This document shows positions 1 through 8,588 of a stretch of 31,127 nt of DNA, in pieces (the first letter of the stretch is position 1; the number at the start of each line of letters is the position of its first letter). Origin of the DNA: a virus (taxonomy: Duplodnaviria; Caudoviricetes); the IMG/VR virus record IMGVR_UViG_3300033475_001778, positions 1-31,127 of that record. The stretch is one strand, 5' to 3'. Below the pieces are notes generated by a model. That model had not been told where the DNA came from, did not search any database, and saw only the letters and a list, made by a program, of their open reading frames with translations. The translations under genes were made by a program, and so were the position numbers.

Positions 1-240
1 TCACTCATACGTTGAAGCCTCAACAACCATGACGAAGCACATGGTGTGCAGCATTAGTTCCCACAGAGACGCGTGTGCAACTTCGTCATCGTCGGAAGCG
101 TTGGCCGGCGTGATTGGCCAGGGGGCATACCAGACAAAATATCCGTTCTCGTCGGGTGGGCCGTCTATCTCAGTAACGATGATGCATTCGCCTGAATCGG
201 ACTGCCATATCGATAGTTGTAGCGGTGGCGGTGGGTACAT
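1..240 (-). CDS. Small acidic hypothetical protein (79 aa)
   Basis: ATG at 238-240 to TGA at 1-3; plausible composition but no recognisable motif; divergent from gene A. Confidence 0.45.
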   Translation of the reverse strand: MYPPPPLQLSIWQSDSGECIIVTEIDGPPDENGYFVWYAPWPITPANASDDDEVAHASLWELMLHTMCFVMVVEASTYE

Positions 241-255
241 GGTCCGGGCTCCAGA

Positions 256-2166
256 ATGATCGACCGTAACGCAGAGTGGGCAAACTCCATGGTCGCTGAT
301 CTGCCGCGCCGATGGGCTATGCGCATTCTATCGACGTGGGAGGGGCGGAGATCACGCTTCGATCGACGGAAATCGACCGGGGAAGGCACGGCCCAGCGCA
401 TCGCCAACGAGGAATTGCGCGCGAACGTAGAGCGACTTTTGCCGTTCGCGGTCAATGACGATCTCACGCTCGACGCCGACGACGGCGCCGTGGTCGACGC
501 GGCGTGGAAGGGTGCCGAACGATGCCGCGTGCGCCTGCTCGAACTGGCGGACATGCAGCAGCACGGCCGCGATGCATTGCGCGCGGCCGGCGTGTCGGCC
601 GACGAAGCGGAGGCGGTCGAGGCATGCGAGGCGAGGTGTGAACTCGCGCGTTTGTGTATGACTCGCGGCATCGAGCCGGCCGCCGCGCGATACGACGACA
701 CGCCGGCCGTGCGCCGCATGATTGCGCCCAGGTGGTGGACCGGACAAATGCGTAAGGCGCAGGCTAAGGCGCTTGAGTCCGCGGCGATTGAGTTAGGCAT
801 CGTCAACCGGTCAAAAGACTGCTATGTGTCGAACGAATCGCTTGCCGCGCGACGTGCGCAGAACGAGCGCAACGCGGCGACGCTTGAGGCGACCATCGCG
901 CGCAACGTCGAGACAGAGCAGGAATTCACGCTGGCGGAACTCGCGGCCAAGGGTCCGGCCAACCGCGCCATCAAGCGCGCGGAACTCATGACGCGCATTA
1001 ACGGCTTTGAGCGTATCGCCATCGCGCATGCGCATGCCGGGCTGTTCCTCACGATCACCTGTCCGTCGAAGATGCACAGCCATCGCATCATCGGTGGCCG
1101 CGCCGCACGTAACCCGAAATACGACGGGACCAAACCGAACGATGCACAGAAATATCTCTCTGGTGTGTGGGCTCGCATCCGCGCGGCTCTGGCTCGGATG
1201 GGCATTGCGCTATATGGCTTTCGCATCGCGGAGCCGCAGCACGACGGCACGCCCCACTGGCATTTGCTGGTGTTCTACCCGCCGGCCAACGATTCGAAGA
1301 TCCGCACCACTATCCGCCGATACGCGCTCCAGATGGACGGCGATGAAGCGGGCGCGCAAGAGAAGCGGTGCGACTTCAAGACCATGGACCCGTCGATAGG
1401 AACGGCGGCGGCCTATATCGCCAAATACGTGGCGAAGAACATCGACGGGCACAAACTTGAGAAAGATCTTATCGGTAACGACGCGCTTGAGACTTCGGCG
1501 CGCGTCGAGGCGTGGGCAACCCGCTGGCGCATCCGGCAATTTCAGCAGGTGGGCGGGCCGCCCGTCACGGTGTGGCGTGAATTACGCCGTGTGGAAAGCG
1601 TTCCGTCTGATGCGCCGGGTTTCGTACAGATGGCATATCGCGCAGTCAACAAGGTTGCGGTTATTGAAGGCCGGGACCACGCTTCGGTGGCATGGGATCA
1701 CTACGTGCAGGCGCAAGGCGGGGTCTTTTGCGGCCGTAACTACCGGCTCCGGCTTGCGACGGTTGCAAGCGACGCGCGCACGGCGTACGGCGAACCGGCC
1801 GCGGCTAGACCGGTAGGCGTGGAGTACTTCGAAGTGGCAAAGCGCTTCGACGCGATCGGAAACTGGGTGGACGTGCTACCGCGCACCGTGACGGTCGAAT
1901 CAAAGCGCTTTACGTGGGAAATTTTGCGGCCGGCCGCAAGCGCACGGGCAGGCCACGCGGCTCGCCCGGTGGTCGGCCTGGATTTGGGTTTGGGTTTCAA
2001 GCGCGAGCATCGCGCGCCTTGGACCTGTGTAAATAACTGTACGGATTCGGCGCTCGATCACGCCGAACCGTTTGAGGCAGACTATCCGAACGAACGTGAA
2101 ACGTTTGGAATGTATGAGAGAACAGCCTGGGGCGGCTCTCTAAGCACGGATTGGAGGCCGAAGTGA
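256..2166 (+). CDS. A: Rolling-circle replication initiation endonuclease, P2 gpA family
   Basis: FLTITCPSKMH, HUH motif EPQHDGTPHWHLL, catalytic tyrosines YIAKYVAKNIDG, WRIRQFQQVGGPPVTVWRELRR, and the ori-overlapping PWTCVNNCT. Confidence 0.96.
   Translation: MIDRNAEWANSMVADLPRRWAMRILSTWEGRRSRFDRRKSTGEGTAQRIANEELRANVERLLPFAVNDDLTLDADDGAVVDAAWKGAERCRVRLLELADMQQHGRDALRAAGVSADEAEAVEACEARCELARLCMTRGIEPAAARYDDTPAVRRMIAPRWWTGQMRKAQAKALESAAIELGIVNRSKDCYVSNESLAARRAQNERNAATLEATIARNVETEQEFTLAELAAKGPANRAIKRAELMTRINGFERIAIAHAHAGLFLTITCPSKMHSHRIIGGRAARNPKYDGTKPNDAQKYLSGVWARIRAALARMGIALYGFRIAEPQHDGTPHWHLLVFYPPANDSKIRTTIRRYALQMDGDEAGAQEKRCDFKTMDPSIGTAAAYIAKYVAKNIDGHKLEKDLIGNDALETSARVEAWATRWRIRQFQQVGGPPVTVWRELRRVESVPSDAPGFVQMAYRAVNKVAVIEGRDHASVAWDHYVQAQGGVFCGRNYRLRLATVASDARTAYGEPAAARPVGVEYFEVAKRFDAIGNWVDVLPRTVTVESKRFTWEILRPAASARAGHAARPVVGLDLGLGFKREHRAPWTCVNNCTDSALDHAEPFEADYPNERETFGMYERTAWGGSLSTDWRPK
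2014..2042 (+). other. Putative rolling-circle origin (nick site) inside gene A
   Basis: GCGCCTTGGACCTGTGTAAATAACTGTAC resembles the P2 ori (GCGCCTCGGAGTCCTGTCAATAACTGT, recalled), which also lies within gene A. Confidence 0.75.
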
Positions 2167-2426
2167 TGCACATGAAAATTGATTGTCCTTGCTGCGGCGG
2201 TGAAATTGACGCTCGCCATACCGAAGGTTTGTCCACGACGCTGCGGCGCATGTACTTCGTCTGCGAAGACTGCGGCTATCGCACGCCAGCGGGCTTCGAA
2301 ATCCTGTTTTCGCTGTCGGCGTCATCCCGACCGCGCGAAGGCGTGGCACTAGAAGTGCGGCCATCGCCCATGTTGCGCGGCGCGGTGAATGCGCGCACGA
2401 CGATGAATCGGGAAAAACGGCCTTGA
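2151..2426 (+). CDS. Ogr/Delta-like C4 zinc-finger transcriptional activator (copy 1; true start may be a few codons downstream)
   Basis: CPCCG...RRMYFVCEDCGY...FEILFSLSASSRPREGVAL matches the Ogr pattern CxxC...YxxC..CG...LSPS.xP. Confidence 0.8.
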   Translation: MEAEVMHMKIDCPCCGGEIDARHTEGLSTTLRRMYFVCEDCGYRTPAGFEILFSLSASSRPREGVALEVRPSPMLRGAVNARTTMNREKRP

Positions 2427-2635
2427 GATTCACAATTGCTTGCCCGCATTGCGGCGCTCGCGGTATCGCGCGAGCGATGGAAAAGAAATCAGAAACCGAT
2501 TGGGAAATTGACTTTCAATGCGATGACGTGACATGCGGTCACACATATCGGACGAAGCTCGAAATGTTCCCGCCCGAACTGCCAATACCAAAACGCCAAA
2601 GGCGAAGTAACAGCGAATTGCAGTTTGATCTTTAA
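2423..2635 (+). CDS. Ogr/Delta-like C4 zinc-finger protein (copy 2)
   Basis: CPHCGARGIAR...FQCDDVTCGHTY; TTG start overlaps the upstream stop (TTGA). Confidence 0.82.
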   Translation: MRFTIACPHCGARGIARAMEKKSETDWEIDFQCDDVTCGHTYRTKLEMFPPELPIPKRQRRSNSELQFDL

Positions 2636-2651
2636 CTAGCTCGGGGGAGCG

Positions 2652-3647
2652 ATGAATCACAGCGGCAAGACTATGCCAATGAAGGCACTACCGGCGCTAC
2701 TCGCGCTCGCAGCAACGGCGACCGCTACGTGTTTGGCGATACTCGCCGGCTGGCAGCGCGGTGGCTTGCTCGCAGAGCGCGTGCTTTTGACCTGCATCGG
2801 CGTCGTGCTGGTTGTTGCAGCTCACCTGCTTCCTGCTTTGTGCCGTCCGCATGGCAGGCGAATTCGGGCACTCGGCGTAGCGCTGTGGATCGGCTGCATG
2901 GTGGCAACTTGCTACGGCCACGCGGTTTTCTTCGTCATGGCACAGAAGCACGCAGGTGAAGCCCGCGCAGCGGTCGTCCCGGTAGCAGTTGCGCCCGGTC
3001 GCAATCCAGCAGAGATCGCCGGTGATCGTGCTAGCGTCGTGGCACGACTGGCCCGCGCGGCCGAGCGGAAATGCGGCGACCGGTGCGCAGCCGTGCGCAT
3101 TGAGCGCGCGACGTTGTCGGCCCGGCTCGATGCGCTCGACGTCGAATCAGGTGAGGCAAAGCGTCACGAATTGATGGTAGATCGGGCAGAGGCCAAGCGC
3201 GCTGCGGCGAAAGCTGATCCGCTTGCCGGGTTATTGACCGCGTTCGGTGTGGCCGCCAACCGCGTGGATTTGGTCATCGGTTTGGCGTTCGCCGCGGTGC
3301 TTGAGGGTGTCGCGTGCTTTTGCTGGCTCCTCGCGCTACGGCCTACCGACGTATCCACAAAGGCATCCGCGCCCGCGCTGGAAGCGAGTCGCATATTAAG
3401 AGTCACGCCAGTAACGCCCGGCAGTCAGGCGGTCGCGCCCGGTCGTAACGATTCAACCGGAGCGAAGGAAACGGGCAACTTACCGGCAGTCGTGCGGGCG
3501 GCTGACGTGACTCGCGTGCTGATCGCGATCCGCGAAGGACAGTTACGCGGCACGGTCACCGAAATACGGAAGCACCTTGGATGCTCGCAAGCGAAGGCAG
3601 CGGCAGTCAGAAGGCAAATCGTCCTAGCGGAAAACAGAGAGCTGTAA
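2652..3647 (+). CDS. Hypothetical membrane protein: three N-terminal TM helices, helical/coiled region, a fourth TM, Pro/Thr linker and C-terminal HTH-like segment
   Basis: Hydrophobic runs at the N-terminus and at LVIGLAFAAVLEGVACFCWLLAL; C-terminal TVTEIRKHLGCSQAKAAAVRR; backbone-like codon usage. Confidence 0.75.
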   Translation: MNHSGKTMPMKALPALLALAATATATCLAILAGWQRGGLLAERVLLTCIGVVLVVAAHLLPALCRPHGRRIRALGVALWIGCMVATCYGHAVFFVMAQKHAGEARAAVVPVAVAPGRNPAEIAGDRASVVARLARAAERKCGDRCAAVRIERATLSARLDALDVESGEAKRHELMVDRAEAKRAAAKADPLAGLLTAFGVAANRVDLVIGLAFAAVLEGVACFCWLLALRPTDVSTKASAPALEASRILRVTPVTPGSQAVAPGRNDSTGAKETGNLPAVVRAADVTRVLIAIREGQLRGTVTEIRKHLGCSQAKAAAVRRQIVLAENREL

Positions 3648-3825
3648 CCAACATCACATGACCGGCGCCAACAAGCGCGGAAGAAAAAGGTGACTGCAGA
3701 GTCTAGAATGATCGCCAACTGACTTTTCCAGTACCCTTGCAACTGGCCGGAGTCCCACTAACCGGCGCCGCCGACCAGCGGATACACTTGACTGCGACTC
3801 GCGGCGAGTTCAACAGGAGCAACGA

Positions 3826-4689
3826 GTGTCACAAAAGAAGCCTGGAACGCTGGCTGATGAATTGGAAATGCGGCTCCTGAAAGCATTGGAGCCTCACGCG
3901 GATACGATTTCACGCGGTCTTGCCCTGATTGACGAATTTCGAGGGCGAGTCGTTGCTGCTGCAGAAGTCGTTGTCAGCCGAATAGATGGCCCGCTGGCTG
4001 TATTGAGCAATGTCGATTGGGTTGACGTAAAACGGCGGCTAGATGAACTTCCTGCGAAGTCAAAAAAGGCCATGATCTTGGCCTCGTCAAAAGGATGGTT
4101 TTTCGGCTGGAACGATTCTTTGGAAGACCTTTTTTCACTTGTTGAAAAACTTGAAATCGTCGATATCAATGAAATTGACGATATTCTCGCAAATTACCAC
4201 CGGGAAAATCTTGAATCTGGCGCCAAGAATTTAATCGCAAGGCATCCCAAAAGGGCCGCAGCCATATCGGCAGCAGTTCATGCGCATAAGGCACTGGGGC
4301 AAAGCGGGTATTTTCTCTCGATACCTGTATTTATTGCTCAAGCAGATGGACTGCTAAGTGAAATAAGTAGATTAAAGTCTCCGATGAGCGCAAAAGGCCT
4401 GAAGGATCTGCGAGCTAAAATTGAGAGAGATCCGGAATCGTCCGATCTCTTGTATCCGCTGCTGATCTTGGATCAACTAGATTTTTTAAAAAGTGAGGCC
4501 AGTCGCGATTTGTGGTCTGAGGCTGCAGGGCAGGCTTTCAGCGCGCTTAATCGGCACCAGGTTATACATGGCGAATCCTGGGATTACGGTTCTGAGATTA
4601 ACAGCCTGAAGGCATTTTCATTTCTCGTTTTTGTTGGCCTACACCTTCCTTTGATTCTTGAAGATCAGCATCCTACAGGAATCTTATAA
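3826..4689 (+). CDS. HEPN-motif (RX4H) helical protein, putative RNase; candidate defence effector
   Basis: GTG start with SD AGGAG at 3815-3819; NRHQVIHG (RX4H at 4552-4569) followed by DYGSEINSLK; AT-richer than backbone. Confidence 0.65.
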   Translation: MSQKKPGTLADELEMRLLKALEPHADTISRGLALIDEFRGRVVAAAEVVVSRIDGPLAVLSNVDWVDVKRRLDELPAKSKKAMILASSKGWFFGWNDSLEDLFSLVEKLEIVDINEIDDILANYHRENLESGAKNLIARHPKRAAAISAAVHAHKALGQSGYFLSIPVFIAQADGLLSEISRLKSPMSAKGLKDLRAKIERDPESSDLLYPLLILDQLDFLKSEASRDLWSEAAGQAFSALNRHQVIHGESWDYGSEINSLKAFSFLVFVGLHLPLILEDQHPTGIL

Positions 4690-4738
4690 TTAAATCGACT
4701 TTCGTGGGAGATTAATCATCGACGCTCTTGACAAGGCT

Positions 4739-5662
4739 TTGTCGTTCTACGCCGAACATTACGAGGTGCTTGGCTCCTGGCAATTGGAGTCCGGGATAAA
4801 ACTCCCAATCCTAGGTGATCCCGTTATTCGGGTGTGTCGTTTCTGCGGAAAACGGCCACCGGAGGTCACATTTAGAAAGATCGCGCACGCCATTCCGCAG
4901 TCCTTGGGTAATGACAGTCTTTTCTCCGCTTACGAGTGTGATGATTGCAACGAAAAATTTGGCAAAGGCATAGAGAATGACTTTGGTAAATGGTCGATGC
5001 CAATGCGAACCTTTGCTCGGATCAGTGGAAAAAAAGGCATCCCAACCCTAAAGAATGAATCGGCAGGATGGCGTATTGAGTACGAAGACGAGAAGAATGG
5101 CTTCATGGTGAATCATCGTGAAGGCGACCCGGTGTTTTCTGTAAATGAAAAAGAAAAGACAATTACAATTCAAGTTGAGCGCGAACCTTATACGCCAATT
5201 GCTGTTTTGAAGGCTTTTGTAAAAATGGGTCTATCCGTAATGCCGGAAGTTGAAATGCCGAATTTTTCAGAAGCTGTTGAGTGGATCGGGCAGGCTGAGC
5301 ATCAGGACAGTTTTATATCAGAACTCTCCGTGATTTATACAATTGCGCCAGGCTCTCTCCCGAGCGATAAAATTACACTTCTGATGCTTCGGCGGCGTCC
5401 TGAATACATCGGAGTTCCATACGCCTATTTTGTCCTAATTTACGGCAATGAAATGTTTCAGGTGATGCTGCCCTCGCGCGAGCGTGACCAAGCGCTCGAC
5501 AGCAAACTGCTTTCGCTAAATCCCTTTCCACACCCAACGGTCCGGTTCGGGGCGCCCAGGTTTCGCCTGCTAGACCTGACCGGCCGGGACATAGTCCGCG
5601 GAGAAGCCGTTGCGCTAACGATGGCGTTTTCTGATCGTGTGGCGGTCGATCCAAAGAAATAA
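4739..5662 (+). CDS. HNH endonuclease (HNH_5-like zinc-binding N-terminal domain plus uncharacterised C-terminal domain); start may be ATC at 4718
   Basis: CRFC...AHAIPQSLGN...ECDDCNEKFG pattern; AT-richer than backbone. Confidence 0.8.
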   Translation: MSFYAEHYEVLGSWQLESGIKLPILGDPVIRVCRFCGKRPPEVTFRKIAHAIPQSLGNDSLFSAYECDDCNEKFGKGIENDFGKWSMPMRTFARISGKKGIPTLKNESAGWRIEYEDEKNGFMVNHREGDPVFSVNEKEKTITIQVEREPYTPIAVLKAFVKMGLSVMPEVEMPNFSEAVEWIGQAEHQDSFISELSVIYTIAPGSLPSDKITLLMLRRRPEYIGVPYAYFVLIYGNEMFQVMLPSRERDQALDSKLLSLNPFPHPTVRFGAPRFRLLDLTGRDIVRGEAVALTMAFSDRVAVDPKK

Positions 5663-5776
5663 TTTGGCCGATCCAGCAACCGCAAGGACCTGACCTGCGC
5701 GCATCACATCGCATCATTCGGCCAGCCATGAGATCACCCCGAAGCCCTCACAGATTGGCGCTGCGGCGGCCGGGGG

Positions 5777-5832
5777 TATGGTGCATCAAAACCAGCCACC
5801 CAAGGGGAGGGCAGGCGGGGAGGGGGACTGCG
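5777..5832 (+). other. Putative cos packaging site
   Basis: TATGGTGCATCAAAACC...GGGCAGGCGGGGAGGGGGACTGCG resembles the conserved P2/P4 cos region (GGTGCATTAAAACC...GGCGAGGCGGGGAAAGCAC); non-coding and located between A and portal. Confidence 0.7.
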
Positions 5833-6101
5833 ATTTTGAAGCCTGGGACCACCCACGGGCCGCAAGGTCACGCGGCCGTATTGCAGCCCGGACCGCCAAC
5901 ATAGCGCTGTAGGCGGGGAAAGCGGGCCTCCCCTTTCGTGGTCACGCCTTCGCCCCCGATTTCGTCTTGACCGCCTGTGGGCTGCCTGCCAGCTGAACTC
6001 GAAAGCCCTTCCGGGGTACCGGCTGCTCGTGTCGTGGTATTTTTACGATCGCTACGGTTACCCGTCAGAGCACGAGAATGCATACGCAGTGGCATCAGCG
6101 C

Positions 6102-6132
6102 TTGACGCTGTTGCTGAACGGACCTTTAACCT
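6102..6132 (+). promoter_or_regulatory. Possible sigma70 promoter for the KAP NTPase gene
   Basis: TTGACG at 6102-6107 and TAACCT at 6127-6132 (19-bp spacer, suboptimal); SD GGGGA at 6176-6180. Confidence 0.25.
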
Positions 6133-6184
6133 GTCGAACGAACAGGTCACTTATGCGACAGCCGCACAATAAGAAGGGGAAGAA

Positions 6185-8479
6185 ATGTTTGGTTTCTTTA
6201 AGAAGAAGACCGCAGGGAAAAGCAGTTCCCCGGAAGCGGATACCGAAGGCAAGGCTGCTGCCGCAGCCCAGCCCGAGAGTGCAGTTCAGGACCAGTATGT
6301 TGCGGATCAACCCATCACCAGCAAAGCTGAAGATCGCTTCAACCGGGCATTTTTCGCCACGCGGATAGCCGAGACCATCGCTACCAGGGTGGATCCGTCA
6401 AGCATCGTTCTTGGCATTTTCGGTCCATGGGGCGACGGTAAGACCTCCGTGCTTGAAATGATGCAGGAGGCTCTTAGGCCTTATCCGAATGCCATCGTGG
6501 TTCGCTTCAACCCTTGGCACTTCCAGAGCGAGGACCTACTTCTTCGAGGTTTCTTTGCGACACTTGCCGACGCGATGGGAAAGTCTCTCCCCAACATGAA
6601 GGAAAGAGCTGGTGACCTACTAAAAAAGTACGGGAGCGTGCTTTCCCTCGCGTCTATAACAGTCGCCGGCGTGGTCCAGGTGGCGCCAGGTAATGCAGCC
6701 AAAGGTGTCGGCGAGGCAATGTCAAATGTTGGATTGGACGAGCTTCGGAGGCGAATTGAGGGAATGCTGGACGAATCGAACAGACGCCTCGTTATTCTGA
6801 TTGACGATATTGATCGCTTGGATCGCGAAGAAACTCACACCATTTTCAAACTTGTCAAACTATCTGCCAGCTTTAGGCATACCTCGTACGTTCTTGCTTT
6901 TGATGACGTTGTTGTCTCTGCTGCACTCTCTGAGCGGTACGGGGCGGGCGGTTTGCCCGATGGTCGCGCCTTCCTTGAAAAGATCATCCAGGTACCACTA
7001 CACCTGCCACCAGCAGACGAGAATAGCTTGCGGCAGCTTGCCCTAGAGGGCGTACAGAATGCCCTGAATCAAGCTGGCATCGAATTGACGCAGGCCCAAA
7101 TCGACGCATTCGTTAGACACTTTGACGACGCACTTCTACCTCGCTTGGAAACACCGCGCCGCGCTAAGTTGCTCTCAAATGCATTAATGTTCGCGCTGCC
7201 GATCCTCAAAGGCGAGGTCAATCCGGTTGATCTTATGCTCATTGAGGGGATACGAGTCATGTATCCGCAGCTCTACACCGGCATAAGGGAGAATCGGTCG
7301 CTTTTCCTTCGTGGCGAGCGCGATGAGCGCCGCAACGCTCGTCAAGGGGACGGCAGTCGAATCGACCGCCTTATAGAGCACGCAACTCCAGACATAACCA
7401 CCGAAGAGCGGGAAACATTAAAATCGAGGCTTCTCGAACCATTGTTTCCACGCATCGGTAACACGATCTATGATGGGGAATGGGACGAGATTTGGGGAGC
7501 GGACCAGAAGGTCTCTTCAAACGAGTATTTCAAGCGCTACTTCACGTATAGCGTGCCAGTTGGAGATGTGCCGGATGCGCAAGTAGCGGCCCTTTGCGAG
7601 GCAGCTCCAACTGCTTCCGATACGGAGAAACGAGCATTGCTGGAAGCCTTTGCCACGCGGCAAGGCCTGCCGCGTGTGATTTCAAGGCTTCGTCAACGAG
7701 AGGAGTTTCTATCGCAAGTTCAAGCCTCTGCCTTGATTACCGCCTTTGCATCGAATGGGGACCTCCTTCCCCGTGAGCGCGGCATGATGGTTTTGGCTGA
7801 CACCCGAGCTAAAGCGGCGATGCTTATTGCAGGTCTGTTGCGACGAGTACCCGCAGGGCAGCCACGACAGGCAGAGGCCGAACGAGTTATTCAAAGCGCA
7901 ATGCCACTTGGTTTTGCGAGGGAGTGCATACGCTGGATCCGCCACTACGAAGGGAGATCTCCGGAAAAGAGAGTTCTGGCCGACGAGGGCGAAGCGCCGC
8001 TACGTGCGATTCTCACCGCTCGCATTGAGGAGGCCGATGCCGTGTCACCCCTATTCGTTGCGCATCCGAAAGACGCCCCCTCTCTGTACTGGTCTTGGGT
8101 CGACGGAACGTCGGCGGCTCACGTTGGACAGAAACTGGAGGCACTCTTTGATGCTGCTCCTGATCAGCTAGACGCCTTTTTAGGTGTTTACGTAGGAGAG
8201 GCTTGGGTCATGGCGAGCGGACTTCCAAGGCCTGCCGACTTTGGGAGGGACGAATACAACTCGGTGTCCCATTTCATTCCAGCAGAATACGTGGCCACGA
8301 ATTTGCGGCTTCGGTACGGCGCGGAGCTTGATACTCCTCAGTTCCATCCGTCCGACACCATGGCGCAGCCCCGCCGGGTCGCGCACCAGTTCATGGCTGT
8401 CCATCGGCATGTATTGGAGGAACAACACGCTGTCGCGCATCCTGCAGCAGAAGGAGAACCTACCGATGACGACGACTAA
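6185..8479 (+). CDS. KAP-family P-loop NTPase (764 aa), candidate phage-exclusion/defence protein
   Basis: DQPI...EDRFNR, Walker A GPWGDGKTS (6422-6448), VRFNPW, Walker B LVILIDDIDR, YVLAFD, FLEKIIQVPLHLP, TPRRAK. Confidence 0.9.
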   Translation: MFGFFKKKTAGKSSSPEADTEGKAAAAAQPESAVQDQYVADQPITSKAEDRFNRAFFATRIAETIATRVDPSSIVLGIFGPWGDGKTSVLEMMQEALRPYPNAIVVRFNPWHFQSEDLLLRGFFATLADAMGKSLPNMKERAGDLLKKYGSVLSLASITVAGVVQVAPGNAAKGVGEAMSNVGLDELRRRIEGMLDESNRRLVILIDDIDRLDREETHTIFKLVKLSASFRHTSYVLAFDDVVVSAALSERYGAGGLPDGRAFLEKIIQVPLHLPPADENSLRQLALEGVQNALNQAGIELTQAQIDAFVRHFDDALLPRLETPRRAKLLSNALMFALPILKGEVNPVDLMLIEGIRVMYPQLYTGIRENRSLFLRGERDERRNARQGDGSRIDRLIEHATPDITTEERETLKSRLLEPLFPRIGNTIYDGEWDEIWGADQKVSSNEYFKRYFTYSVPVGDVPDAQVAALCEAAPTASDTEKRALLEAFATRQGLPRVISRLRQREEFLSQVQASALITAFASNGDLLPRERGMMVLADTRAKAAMLIAGLLRRVPAGQPRQAEAERVIQSAMPLGFARECIRWIRHYEGRSPEKRVLADEGEAPLRAILTARIEEADAVSPLFVAHPKDAPSLYWSWVDGTSAAHVGQKLEALFDAAPDQLDAFLGVYVGEAWVMASGLPRPADFGRDEYNSVSHFIPAEYVATNLRLRYGAELDTPQFHPSDTMAQPRRVAHQFMAVHRHVLEEQHAVAHPAAEGEPTDDDD

Positions 8480-8569
8480 GTTGTGGCCTGGTCGCATTGA
8501 TGTTTGTCCTCGCCAGTCGTGTGGGATTAGGTTCGAAGCGAACACTCGGAAATACGCCAGCCCATCGCG

Positions 8570-8588
8570 AGCGGCGAAAGCCGCTTAA
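8570..8588. terminator. Short GC hairpin between convergent KAP and portal genes
   Basis: AGCGGC-GAAA-GCCGCT adjacent to the portal stop codon; U-tract weak. Confidence 0.4.

Noticed and set aside
4728-4756. Promoter from perfect TTGACA at 4728-4733
   Set aside because: No -10 element at 16-18 bp spacing, and it lies within the likely HNH coding start
5868-6368. Short ORFs around cos (5868-6095, 6078-6368, 6095-6310)
   Set aside because: No motifs, biased composition, overlap the cos/promoter region or the KAP gene
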